Positions 13,410 to 25,183 of a stretch of DNA of 64,000 nt are shown here, piece by piece. The translations under genes were made by a program, and so were the position numbers. A model generated the notes under the pieces. The model worked only from the letters and a program-made list of their open reading frames with translations. It did no database searches and had not been told where the DNA came from. Source of the stretch: Kondoa subrosea (lineage: Eukaryota); the NCBI GenBank assembly GCA_039545335.1, contig BCIN01000008.1:248001-312000 (forward strand), read 5' to 3'. How positions within the stretch are numbered: the first letter of the stretch is position 1; each line of letters begins with the position of its first letter.

Positions 13410-15179
13410 TCATGCAGGTGAACCCGGCTCTTCTGTATTCCGCACCAACATCTTCTTACAACTCGTCCAAAACGTCGATACTTGCGTATGGCATTCGAAT
13501 GTGTAAGCTGTAGCAAGGACGATCAAAGCACCAAAGAAAGTTTGCAATGTAAGTTGATAGTTGAAGAAAGCGATACTGAGTGCGAAAGTCAAGACTGCTG
13601 ATGCCGAAAGAGCGAAACCTTTTGCTACGTTATCGGCATATTTGATGACCAAAGCTGATTCAAACCAATTAATTTAAGATGAAAGTGAAAAAGGAGGGAA
13701 GAATAAAGAACTCACCAGTCAATAACCCTCCTACAGTCTGAATAAAGATCACCACCCATGTAAAGATCGTGAAACCCGAAAAGAAGTTTTCTTCAACGTT
13801 CGTCCCTTGATTTTGCTGATTACCGCTTGAGAAACAACTGACTACGACACTGAAAGCCAGACTGAAGAGCGATAGTTGGATGTTCCTAATCCAGAGTGAA
13901 GCTGGTGCATCCATCTTTGCCAGAGGAAGGTTGTGCAGAGCGCTTAACCGTCTGATTCGGTCGGTAAAACCAGAGTTTGAAGTAGATTGCCAAGCGAGTT
14001 GCATATTAGTAGAATAAGGAGTTAGTGAATTGGATCGAGCGCGATCTTGCAGTTGATGTGAACTTGACGAAAGAGTGGGTGTCATAGACCAGGTTGAGCG
14101 TTTGCTTTGCATTGGATTTGGGTCGGCCAGATCTGGCGTGATTTGTTTGGGTGTCTTCTTGAGAATCAATTCGAAGTAGGTAGCTGCGATTGCGCTAGCG
14201 AAGCAAGAAATTACGACCGCGGCGAGACCGATGAGCTGTTTCCGACATAGAGCTGCTTCCAATGTGGAGTGATCCAGTTTTATAGAGTGGGAAGTTGCCA
14301 TCTCTTCTATCTTGACGCTCGCTGTTGAATTTGACCCAAGCTGAACAGCAGCTACCCCTATACCCAGCAACAGCAAAGATGCCCATTGTATTGCGTTGTA
14401 TTTCCGTCTCAGCATGATTACGGCGCACAGAGCAGTGATGACAGTCTGGATCGATGCTGAGCATATACGTGACCAATGATAGAGAAGGAGAGCTCACCTT
14501 AAGCTGGAAAGTAATCTGAAAGACTGGCATGGACAAATTGCGGGCTGCTACATATCTGTACGTCCAGGTCAGTCTTGAGTTCGCGCTCCGTATATGAACG
14601 ACCGACATTAAGTTGTTCTGTAAGAGGAAAAGGATCGCAGGAAGTGCCATGTGCAGAATGCCAATCGAAAAGACTTGTCGAAAGACTTTGCGATGTATCC
14701 ATGCTTCGTCAGATGCAGTAGAAAGATTATTAGATGATCTTGATTCCGCTAACAATTCCTCTTCTTCCTGTTCTGTCCCGCTGATATTGATCTTCAGAAC
14801 ATTTGGTAGATCGCTATGTCTAGCAGAAGGTGTTGTCTTGCTGCGTGCTCGATGATTTAGCTGCTTTTCTGCTGTTTCTCGCATTGCCAGACCGGTAGAA
14901 AGGATCAGCTTGCCAAGTTCTTACAGAAACAAATAAGGTTCTTTTCAAGCAAGATAGCGACGCAAAATTACCTGTTACCAGAACAGCGCTAGAAGCTTTG
15001 TATGATTGATGATCGCTTGAAAGAACATGTTGCGAGACATTGATACTGCATTGCTTTTCAGTTGACGTGATCAGCTTGACAAGCAGAATTGCTCACACTA
15101 TAGCGAGAGCGGTCGACTGTAAGCAGACGGCTGCCAAGCTGGCGAATCTCTTTCCTTCGGAAGTGAGCAGCTCTGGCAT
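13410..15179 (-). CDS. Nucleotide-sugar transporter (SLC35A / UDP-galactose transporter family)
   Basis: ALPAILFLLQNNL, VFQITFQLK, LWIRNIQLSLFS, VIKYADNVAKGFA motifs; multiple TM segments. Confidence 0.9.
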
Positions 15180-15817
15180 AGCTTTAGAGTAATTGAGTTG
15201 AAGCTAGCTTCAAGAAAGGCCAGTTGCGCAGCAAAGCGAGAGTGATAGACAAAAGCAAAGCAACACTGGAGAAGGCTACAGCTCCAGCAGCAGCACAGTA
15301 GCAATGATTACGGAATATAGCAACGACCAGCGTGCTGTCGCGGGAATATGCGAGCTTTCGGTATATGATTGTATGGGTAGAAACGAGAATGCCACCAGCC
15401 CTCTGGACCTGCTGAGTCGTGAATCTTTTGCTCGCAAGAATCAGGAACAACTCCAATTAAGTCACGGCACTAGAACCCTTTAAGGCAACATTCAAAATCC
15501 AAGCGAATGGCTGTCAAGACGAAAAAGGCAGATTTTCATTACCAAAGGACCAACGTGTGAAGCCTTGCAGGGTTCGTTCTGCATGCATAGCAGCTGTGCT
15601 GAGGCTCTCAGCTTGCGATGTGCAGAAGTCGCTTGTTTTCATTCAATCTCGCATTCATTTTGCCATCCATTTCAAAAGTTTCAGCCCTGTTCCTGGCGGG
15701 TGTATAAGCCATCCCGACAGGCCTCTCTTTGTCTAGCCCTTTACTCCTTTCTTGCTTTTTGACTTTTAGCCTTTGCGTTTTATTGCCGTTTCTTGTCGTG
15801 TTCCATTTCGCAGGAGT

Positions 15818-17468
15818 ATGACTTCAGCGCATCTCGAGAAGACAGACTCGCAATACAGAAGAAGACGTAGCACCCATACACCCAATTGTCCCTCACCACT
15901 TCATTTGGCTTTATCAAGCAAACTCCCTCCTACACCAACTACTTCAAGCTATCCAAGCAGTCCAATGAAAGCTTCCATGTCAGATCAAGAAGAGAGCCTC
16001 TTGGGGCATCACACACCGCGCTGGCAATTATCAGATCGACGGCCTTGGCTCCAAAGACATGCTTGCGCTCTTCTAGGCTGGACCCTAGCTTTTTCTTTAC
16101 TCTTCACGCTACTCTATTCAGTTCCAACATTACCTCAATCGACTTTCAACCGACTACAAGCTCTAACAACAGGAGCAATGTCAACCTCAATCGATCCAAT
16201 TGTGGCAGCTAATACAACTCAAGGCGTAACATTGGTTTCCGCTTTCTTTGCTGTAAAGAACGGCAAGAAACATCGGTTGGATGAATATTGGGGTTGGATC
16301 CATAACTTCTTGGGACACGTTGAACAACCTATCGTTTTCTATACTTCACCTGATCTGTTATCGCAGATGCAAAGTTTACGCGGTGATAAAGTGAGGTCTT
16401 GTTCTTTCCCACAAGTGAATCATCTTCTGATCATACTCATGACTGGATAGCCTGTGACGTTCATTACGGAGTATGAAACAGCAGACGAAATGCCACCTAT
16501 CTTAGAATTGGGAGGATCAGCCTGGACGGAACAAATGAACAAGATTGATCCAGAACAATGGAAACATGTTGCTGGCGTTTATGGACCCTGGACCGCGAAA
16601 CCTTGGATGGTTCAACAAGCCAAGAATACCAATGTGTACAACTCGACTTATTTCTTTTGGGTACGTCCCCATCCTCTCATATTCATAGATTCTCCTGATG
16701 CTGAGATTAACTACTACAGGTTGATGCTGGTGGATTCAGAGAAGATCAAATTGAGCATAGTTTCAAGGCATTACCTGAACAACTTGATAAGCTTTACTCC
16801 ACAATACCGGACGATACAATCGTTCTAGGTGATGCAAATATGCCATGGCCAGAGGGTTTAGAATACGTCAAGGCAGCTAGTAAGTTCATCTGTCTTCACA
16901 GTCATGGCTTCTCTTTAATCTGTGTTGAATAGCTTTGACTGGAGAAATGGACAGAGCGGATTGTCATATTCAAGGTGGTTGGTTTGGCGGGAAAGGTCCT
17001 GCTTTGGACTGGTGGGAGAAGGAAACTCTACGAGTCACCGCTATACAAGCTGGTTTACAAAGGTGAGTTTTCCATACTGCCTTCAATGGAGATATCACAT
17101 GCTGACTAATGATGCCTTTCAGATTTTCTGGGAAAGAACAAGATACTTGGACACATACAGCTAGAATCAATTGGCCAAAGATTTTGGTCATGAACGTGAG
17201 CGTCTTGTTATGTAAAAGAGAAGCGTGAACTAAGTAGAGTGCTATGCAGAATTTCATAAACAATCTGCATTGCGGACCTGAGTGAGCCATTGACCTGTGC
17301 TCGGAATTGTTGTATGCTCATATCTTCTTCTGCAGCTTCTGGTTCTCGTACGAGTACTGGTCTGACTCGCCCGAATGCGAAGTCTGGATGTGGAACGGAC
17401 CGAAACTTGCGCGAGAAGAAGAACAGGAGAAGATAGCAAAAGCGACGGATCCGCAAACACTTCGATAG
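15818..17468 (+). CDS. HtrL/YibB (WlaTC)-like putative glycosyltransferase, type II membrane protein
   Basis: One N-terminal TM segment, then VTLVSAFF, YWGWIHNF, PIVFYT, YNSTYFFW|VDAGGFR, IQGGWFGG, GKEQD. Exons join in frame. Family assignment is from recalled motifs. Confidence 0.6.
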
Positions 17469-17602
17469 TGTCCAGGGTGTAATTCTATGGGTTGTACGAG
17501 TGTCATGACTATTTATTACAAGCAGATTGACTCTGTGATCGCACGTTCTTGCCCTTTCTCTCCAAAACAGCCCCGCGGGTCCTGATACCTGGACATGAAG
17601 TG

Positions 17603-19727
17603 ATGAGGAAACCACGAATATATCAATGCGCAGGCTGCCTGGCCGCTCTATATCTCTGCTCTGCTGTTCCAACCTATTCGACAAAACCTTTGACCGGACG
17701 ATTTCTGTCAATCTCAGACATGTCAGCCCCTTCGGGACTAGGTCTGTATGACCACTGAAGCTTATGGTGTATGGCTAGACATCTGGATTATCACTACAAG
17801 CACGGCAAGAGCATAGCAGGATCTTGCCATTCGAGGAAACCCAATGACAAAAAGGATACAGCTAGCTATTGGGGCTCACCAGCAACGGATTGTGATGCTC
17901 CTTCGACGCTGGTGGATGCTGTCTTTCATGAGCTAGAAAATTGGCGAGACAAGATAGATTTCGTTGTATGGATGGGCGATAATGCAAGGTCAGCCTGCGG
18001 AATATCAGCGATGGAATTGCCAGATATTCATGTTATCGCAGACATGATATCGATTCTTCAGTACCTAGAACACTCAATGAAATCATCGACTTGAATCAAG
18101 ACATTTATGATCGAATGTCTCAAGTCTTTCCTGACATACCTCTTGTGCCATCGATAGGCAACAATGATGTCTATGTAAGTCCTTCCTTTAGCTATGGATC
18201 ATTACTCATTTCGAAATCAGCCTCATAATGTCATGTCGCCTGGTCCATCTCGGACACTCAATTCCCTTGGAGCGTAAGTTTTGGCTTTTTACTGTGCCTA
18301 CCCAGGCTGATTGATGTAATAGTATCTGGCGAGATCATGTACCAGAAGAAGTAGGTCTGTTGTGACTGCTATGAGTACGTTGCTCAAATTTACAATCAGC
18401 AATACCACACTTTCGCTCGCGGTGGCTATTTTGGCTCTGAAGTCATCTCAAATCGACTCGTAGTTGTTTCCTTGAATACCCTCTTCTGGTTTCAGAGCAA
18501 TTCGGTCAGTCTATGAGCTCTCTTTGCAGCCCCGGATTGCTCAAAGACTGTGAGACTTGCAGCTTGTCGATGGATGTCCACCTGATAATGGACACGGCAC
18601 ACGAGATCCTGGAACAGAGCATTTACTCTGGCTGCAGAATCAGCTCGATCTTTGGAGAAGTCGAGGCAGTGAGTTAGCTCAATTTATTTCGAAGGCCGAG
18701 TCTGATTTGTTCTTTAGTGCAAGTTATCTTATCTGGTCATGTCCCTCCAGCAAGCTACTACGACCAATGCTACGATCGATTCGCAGAAATCAGTCTAGCT
18801 TACCAAGACACCATTCTAGCTTCAATTTTCGGTCATCAAAACGTTGATCATTTCACCATCTTTACTCATGAGAAATCTCGGCGGCATAACAAGCAGAAGA
18901 AACATCATTTCTCGTCCATTCAATCAGTTGCCGATTTACCTAATACTCTACAAGATGCTTACACTGCTTTACCGAAACGTCCCAATGAAGATAACTACGT
19001 CTTCAATCATATTGCTCCAAGCGTGATACCTACTTTCCAACCTGCTTTTAGAATATGGAGCTACAACACAAGTCTGAGCGCAGGAGCGGTTTATGATCCA
19101 CATAAAGAAGGTCAGGTCTTATCGAATTCGTGGACGGAAGTCAAAGGCGAGCACGAGACCAGTAATGAAGATGGAATAGTAGGGCAGCTGTCTGTAGAGA
19201 GCCCCGAGGAGGACGAAGATGAAGAATTCGGAGAAGATGAACAAGAACTTACACTCCAGTCTCAGTCGAATCCTCTACTCTCCTCTTCCTCTTTGACTGA
19301 AATGAGACACAAGAAACGCAAGAAGAAAAAAAGCAAGAAACATCGCAAACCTTCTTACGATCCTTTACCTCGCTACGTTTCTTCCTCTTCACCTTCAAGA
19401 ACGAATCGATTTGGTACTTTACTTGGCTACACTCAATACTACTTACCTCTTGATAAAGTCAATGCGCATCATGGTTATGCTCATGCGAACCAGAGTGAAC
19501 CAAGACCTTGGCCCTTATGGGAAATCGAGTATACGACTTATACTTCCTCTCAAGCTAAATCTTTGGGCTTGCTAAAAGGTAATGGATCGGAAGAAGATCA
19601 TATAACACCTTATGAAATGGAGGACCTCACTATAGGGAATTGGTTGAAATTGAGTTTACGTTTGAGTAAAGGGGGAAAGTTCTGGGAGTCGTTTGTAAAA
19701 AGAATGTTTGTACAAACTACTACATAA
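17603..19727 (+). CDS. PPN1: Vacuolar endopolyphosphatase (metallophosphoesterase)
   Basis: GRFLSISD, DCDAP, WMGDNARHD, PSIGNND, LSGHVPP, FGHQNVDHF, PSVIPTFQPAFRIWSYN, LLGYTQYY, YEMEDLT. Confidence 0.9.
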
Positions 19728-19887
19728 CAAGTTCTTTCTAGATGGAATGCTAAGGGTGTACAAATGTATATATGAGATATTAACTTATGAGAATGAGATT
19801 CCTTAAATGAAGTTTGAGTGAAGGTGATGCGATGGCAGTTGTTTCGAGCGAGTTGAGCTTGCGAGGAAGAAAGGATATGATATGATG

Positions 19888-21019
19888 TTATTTTGCGGAT
19901 TGCGATATAGCGCCAGCCAGGTCGTCAAAGTTGTCCGAATCAGAATCCGAATCTTCACCTTCGCTTCCTTCTGATGATGAGCTTGAATAGAGTCCGGATG
20001 ATTGTCCAGCTGGAGGTGGTTTCGGCAGACTTTTTCCTCCTGTTTGAGGTCTCTGTTGTTGTTGTTGCAAAGAGAAAGAACCGTTCAGCGAAGGAGATGG
20101 CAGTGGTCGAATTGGGTTAGCTGAAGAGGAAGAAGTTGTAGCCCGAACTTGCGGAGACGGCAATTGCAGAGGTTTCGGAGAAGCTACATTGCCTACTTTA
20201 GGAGAAGCAGTTGATGACAGTTTTGGTGTACTGGCTCCAAGTTGTGGAACTCTAGGGGATGGACCAGCTGAAGGTAATATTTTGGGTGAGGGAACGTTTG
20301 GTGTAGATGCTCGACTCGGCTGCCGGCTTGTGTTGGCTACTAGACATGGTCAAACATGATCAAGCGTTGTGCCGAGAAGTGCCCTACCGACAGCATTCTG
20401 TGATCCAGGCGCGGAGAAAGTCAATCTTGGCGCAGTGAATGACTTGACTTTAGAAGTGCGTGAGAAAGAGGCCAATCGGTGCAAAATATAGGTCTGCAAG
20501 GTAGAGGTGGTCAGTGCTTTGTATAGAAGGGTGCCCAGCCAAACGCGCACCTCTGACTCGTCATCCCAAATCAGTACGCAATCTACTTCTTTCGCTGCCT
20601 GCTGTGTTCCAGTATAGTATACAGTCTCATTCGACTGTATTCGATCGGGTCAGCGTCAATAGAGGCCTGACCAATTGGCAATAGACGACTGACATTCGAT
20701 TGGAACTGAGCCTGTATGTTACCGGGTGGATCCAGAGCAGGATCTTGTATAGCTATATGACCTGGCTGAGCTGCCAGAGACTCCGGCTTCACATTGTCTG
20801 TCCTCCTGTGATCTTCAGCATTGGGTCAAGACATCGGATTCGGAAGCACGAACAGCGAAAAGCGTGGTAGCTCTGGTCTGGCTCTTCGCTATAGAAGTCT
20901 GGAGCTACTTGCACTCTCGCCCCCATTCAATTGCTGCTCTAGCTTCGTCAAACCGAGAATACATGTTCTTGCCTTTGAACCGCTCCTTTTGTTGATCCCG
21001 ACTCGAGAAGCAGAGTCAT
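19888..21019 (-). CDS. EAF (ELL-associated factor) domain transcription elongation protein
   Basis: Spliced: SYHAFR|YNVKPES ... YTGTQQAAKEVDCVLIWDDESE|TYILHRLAS, followed by a Pro/Ser-rich and acidic tail. Start codon is tentative. Confidence 0.75.
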
Positions 21020-21108
21020 CCAGGACAGGCAACTCCTTGTGCTGTGTCTGAAAAGAAGCTTGTGCTTACTTTTAATCTCATGCGACGATCGTGAACCATT
21101 GCTGCTCC

Positions 21109-22939
21109 ATGCGACCTCTACTCTCAAGAGAGTTTTCCAAGTTCCAGCTTGAAGCAAGTCGGGCTGCCAATGCAGTAACAAGCTCAACAAGTCGAAGGAG
21201 GCCATTGCTCACAGTCGTTCTATCGTTCTCATTGGTCTCGTTTTTTCTCTACTTACTTGATCGAAGTCAAAGCTCGCTTTCGAGTTGGTCATTAGACAAG
21301 ATCAGAGTACAATGGGCTGGAAGCTATCAATTGGGATGGCAGAAAGAAGAAGCTCAATACGTACAAGATCTCCTCTCGCCTGGATGGGCAGGAATAGCAG
21401 ATTCATATTACAGAGGACCATTTGAGCAAGATCGCAAAAGAGCAATTACAACTTCGAATATAGCTAATATCTTTGATAACATCACTATAGCTCCATACTC
21501 TCTATCTCTTCCGTCTACCTTCTTACTTTTCAACCAATACAACGATACTCTTGGCAATCTTATCAATCCTACTTCACCTGCTCCTTTCTTAGGAACTCAT
21601 TGTCTAGCACATTATGGATCTTCAATATGTCCACTACCATACATGTGCACACCAGCTCATCCCGATTCGCATCATGCTCAATCGCAATTGTCTTCTGGAG
21701 GACCATGTTCGCAATGGGGAAATGGTGTTCTTTCTTCCGTCGAATTGGGTGTCAGAGCACTGAAAGAACATTTCCGGATATCAGTCAAAGATATCCATGA
21801 GAAATCATCAGAGGAAGATTATGTTCGACGAGTGAGAGAAGCGCGGTTGAAGAAAGGCAGACCGAATGATGAGATTAGAGATTGGGACGTGAAAGGTAGC
21901 TGGGTTGGAGAACATTGGCAACCGAAAAGAGATCCGTTTGGCGAATATCGAACTCTTACTCCAAGTGATATACATCAATGTTTCGCTGGGAAAACAGTAT
22001 TGATGCAAGGCGATTCTTTGGTTAGGCAGAATTATATCCGGTTGAGTAGGTCCTGTTCTTTGGGTCCTTGTTATCAACTGAGTATGGCATTCAGTCAATT
22101 ATTTGCGCGGAATCCCTTCTTCAGCGGAAAGAGTAAGCCTTGTCTAATATACAGAGGCACATCTGATTGCCTGGAACAGGTCTTTGAGTCTAATTCGACC
22201 TATACTGTTTACCTAAATGGAACAGACTCGCTTTCCATGCCTTCCCCGCCGAAAGATGAAACGGGTCTCTATCAAATCATCTTCCTCCCACACGACTTCT
22301 CATTCTCTTCCAACTTCAAGAAGTACTCAGTTTTGTCAGCTGATCATGTTCTTCTTGGCTTGAATTACTGGTGGACGGTCGATAAAGACTTCTGGCCGAT
22401 CCGCAGAGAATTAGATAGGCTGTTGACGAAATGGTCTGGAACACTTTCCTGGTTCGCCACACCGCCAAGATCAGATAAGAAGGAGGACAAGGAAGTGTAT
22501 GCAATGCGAAACAGAATTGCCAGACAACATGTCGCTGAGCGGAGATGGTCAGCCTTCTTGCCCTAGCGACTTGTATAGTGACTAATATGATACTTACAGG
22601 CAAAACGGGACATATAGAATGCATGTCGTTCCAGTTGATCAGATGTACGATCTGGCAAACAATTGGCCGTTTCAGCGAAAGTGAGTACAAGCTTACACCT
22701 GAATACGCAGAGTTGATCACGGACACAGTCACGGGCCATCTGGAACCGAAGACATACATACAGGATGTACAATGAGTGGGGCCCAAGGAGCGATATCAGG
22801 TTTGCAAGGTATTAATGCACCAGTAAGCTCTTTCTTTGCGTGATTATGCACTTTCTGATCTATACGGCAGAGAGGATACGATTGCAGAGATATTACAAGC
22901 ATGGCTGTACTCCAGAGTTGGCTCAATTCGATATGTTAA
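21109..22939 (+). CDS. Type II membrane SGNH/PC-esterase-like protein (putative glycan O-acyltransferase/esterase)
   Basis: N-terminal TM segment; CFAGKTVLMQGDSLVRQ (GDS motif); C-terminal EDIHTGC and DCRD...VLQSWLNSIC* after splicing. Confidence 0.6.
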
Positions 22940-23049
22940 TGGATGAAGAATAGTACACAGTCGTCAAAAGTATACCCGCATCCTTTAGAATTGTATAATC
23001 GTATCGTATCTGCACTATCGATCATAGCATACATTGTACACTGAAATAA

Positions 23050-23795
23050 ATTATGAAGCAAAGGCTGAAAGTAACCAGTGTGGCATCTGCAGGTAATTCT
23101 ATCAACGGTGCGATGTCCGGATAGTAGCCAGGAATTTTGCGGAATGGGAGACCATGCTGATCAGCCCTAGTAATGATAATCAGCCAAAACTAGAAGACAG
23201 CTGAATAGAGTACGTACCAGTGATCAAGATGGAGATGGAAATCCGAAGCCTCCTCAGGAAATAAATTCCGTGCTGGAAATGCCTTATCTTCGTCATAAGT
23301 GATGACAAAGTATTTGCGCCAGAAGTGATTGAGTGCCTCATGATCTTGGAAATCATCATCCATCAGCGCTTGCCAGTCTATATCTCGATCTCGTCTGAAA
23401 GCTGCCGCCTGTGCCCTTAGCCGTTCGCTAGCCTCCCTCACTTCATGCATCAAAGCATCCCGTCTTGCTTGCAATGTTTCCTGTTGCTCTCTTCGTCTTT
23501 CCAGCTTTTGGTCAAATTCCAGATTTTGCTTCTTCAAATCCTCAATTTGTTGCGTCAACACTATCACTCTGTCTTGGTATTCCACTTCTTTACGTTCCTC
23601 TTCCATCTTATCATCAACCTGTGCCGCCAATTCATCAATGCTCCATTCCGTTTCTTCCACATCCAGATTTTTTAAGGTTCGAAGAGTTGCAAAGACTGCT
23701 GTTCTGAGCTCGTAGCTCATTTCTTTATCGGAGAGACGCTCTGTGAGCTGTCGATGTTGAACTCTTTCTTGTACTCGTGCCTCCCAGCATCCCAT
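23050..23795 (-). CDS. Hypothetical coiled-coil protein; 3' end uncertain
   Basis: About 190-codon E/R/Q-rich ORF from ATG 23795, with a GTACGT donor near 23217. Confidence 0.5.
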
Positions 23796-24012
23796 TGTGG
23801 TTTTGGGTTGAGGTTGATGAATGGATACAGAGGAGGGGCTTGGAACGCCAAATTGAAAGGTACAATCAGGGGAGAAAGAAGCGGAAAGAAAGAAGAGGAA
23901 AGAAGGCAAGCTCAGGATCACTGACCCAACCTGAACAATATATTCAGAACTGAGATTTTTTAGAGACAACGATACGCGTACCAAGTCACGTTCTCCAAGA
24001 TCCCGCTCAGCA

Positions 24013-25037
24013 TCACTCGTCTCCTATAGCTAATTGAGGCTCCTTTTGCGCTCGTCGAAGTTGCTGAACTTTTGCTGCCCTTTTGATTCCTTCTCTTCTC
24101 CCTTCAGCATATTGTTTTGCTTTCATTCTTGCCTCAGAAAGATCTTTGGCAGTCTTGATATGTCTTTCTGTAGGTCCAGTAGGACTAGCGCCAGCAAACA
24201 GTTTCGTCTCTTCTCCATTTAGCAAACGTTGCTGAGTTTCTGGGTGCGATGCAGGAATAACAGCTAGCATTTGAAAGAGATAGAGAGCGAGTGAACAGCC
24301 TCCTAAAGACCAGATCAAAGTACGGTTGGACATGACCGGCGAGATTGGTTTATCATGACGGAAATTTGCAGTATAGAAATCGTCCTGTCGATAAGCGTCT
24401 GGCGTCCACATGAAATAGTATAAGTATGGATGTACAGGAGCTCGAATCGCTTCAATTACCTTGATGCCAGTCCCATTCAGAACTAGGATAATGAGCTCTC
24501 TGATGCGCTTGATTCGGCGGACGAGTTCTCGGTGTGCCCCATGGATTGTGCCTCATATCAAGAGGTACTTCGCTGTACAGTCTAGATGCAGTGTCCCATC
24601 CTGCTCCGAAGCGAAGATATGTTTGACGTTTGTTCGAGTCCCTGTTCTCAATCTTTCAGCTCCTCCTTACACATGACCTAGCCCTACGCCTACACACCTC
24701 AGCAAATCATAAGCTGCCTGGATCTTAGTGAATCGATCATCTATCTCTTGAGCTTGAGCTGAAGTTGAAGCTACTTGCTGAGCATGCACGACATCCGGAT
24801 GATAGGCTTTGCACATTTCTCGGTAACGTTTCTTGACATCATTCGAGCTTGCATTGCGAGGTAGGCTGAGGATCTCAAAGGCTACATTTGCATAAGATGA
24901 GAGCTTTCGAAATGTAACGATACAGCGAACGCACGAGACGCATTCGGATTGGTAGGGAAAGCAGCAAGAGTCGAAGCAGCTCTCTGACTAGCAGGACAGG
25001 TGCAGCGCAGAGCCGATAAGGTATAAGATCGCATCAT
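24013..25037 (-). CDS. Mitochondrial J-domain protein (Jid1-like)
   Basis: Presequence-like N-terminus, FPTNPNAS|PFEILSL, VKKRYREMCKAYHPD (HPD motif), RFTKIQAAYDLL; C-terminal TM segment. Confidence 0.8.
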
Positions 25038-25183
25038 CACGGCTGTATGAAAACAACTTGGAGTCGATCGCGATCAGGTAAGCCTGACTGGTTTGCTTGC
25101 AGAAATGCTCTCGTGTGCTACCATTATTCATCATTCTTTCGTGTCTACAGCTATTTGTACAAGAAAATGTCCGAGACATGCAA

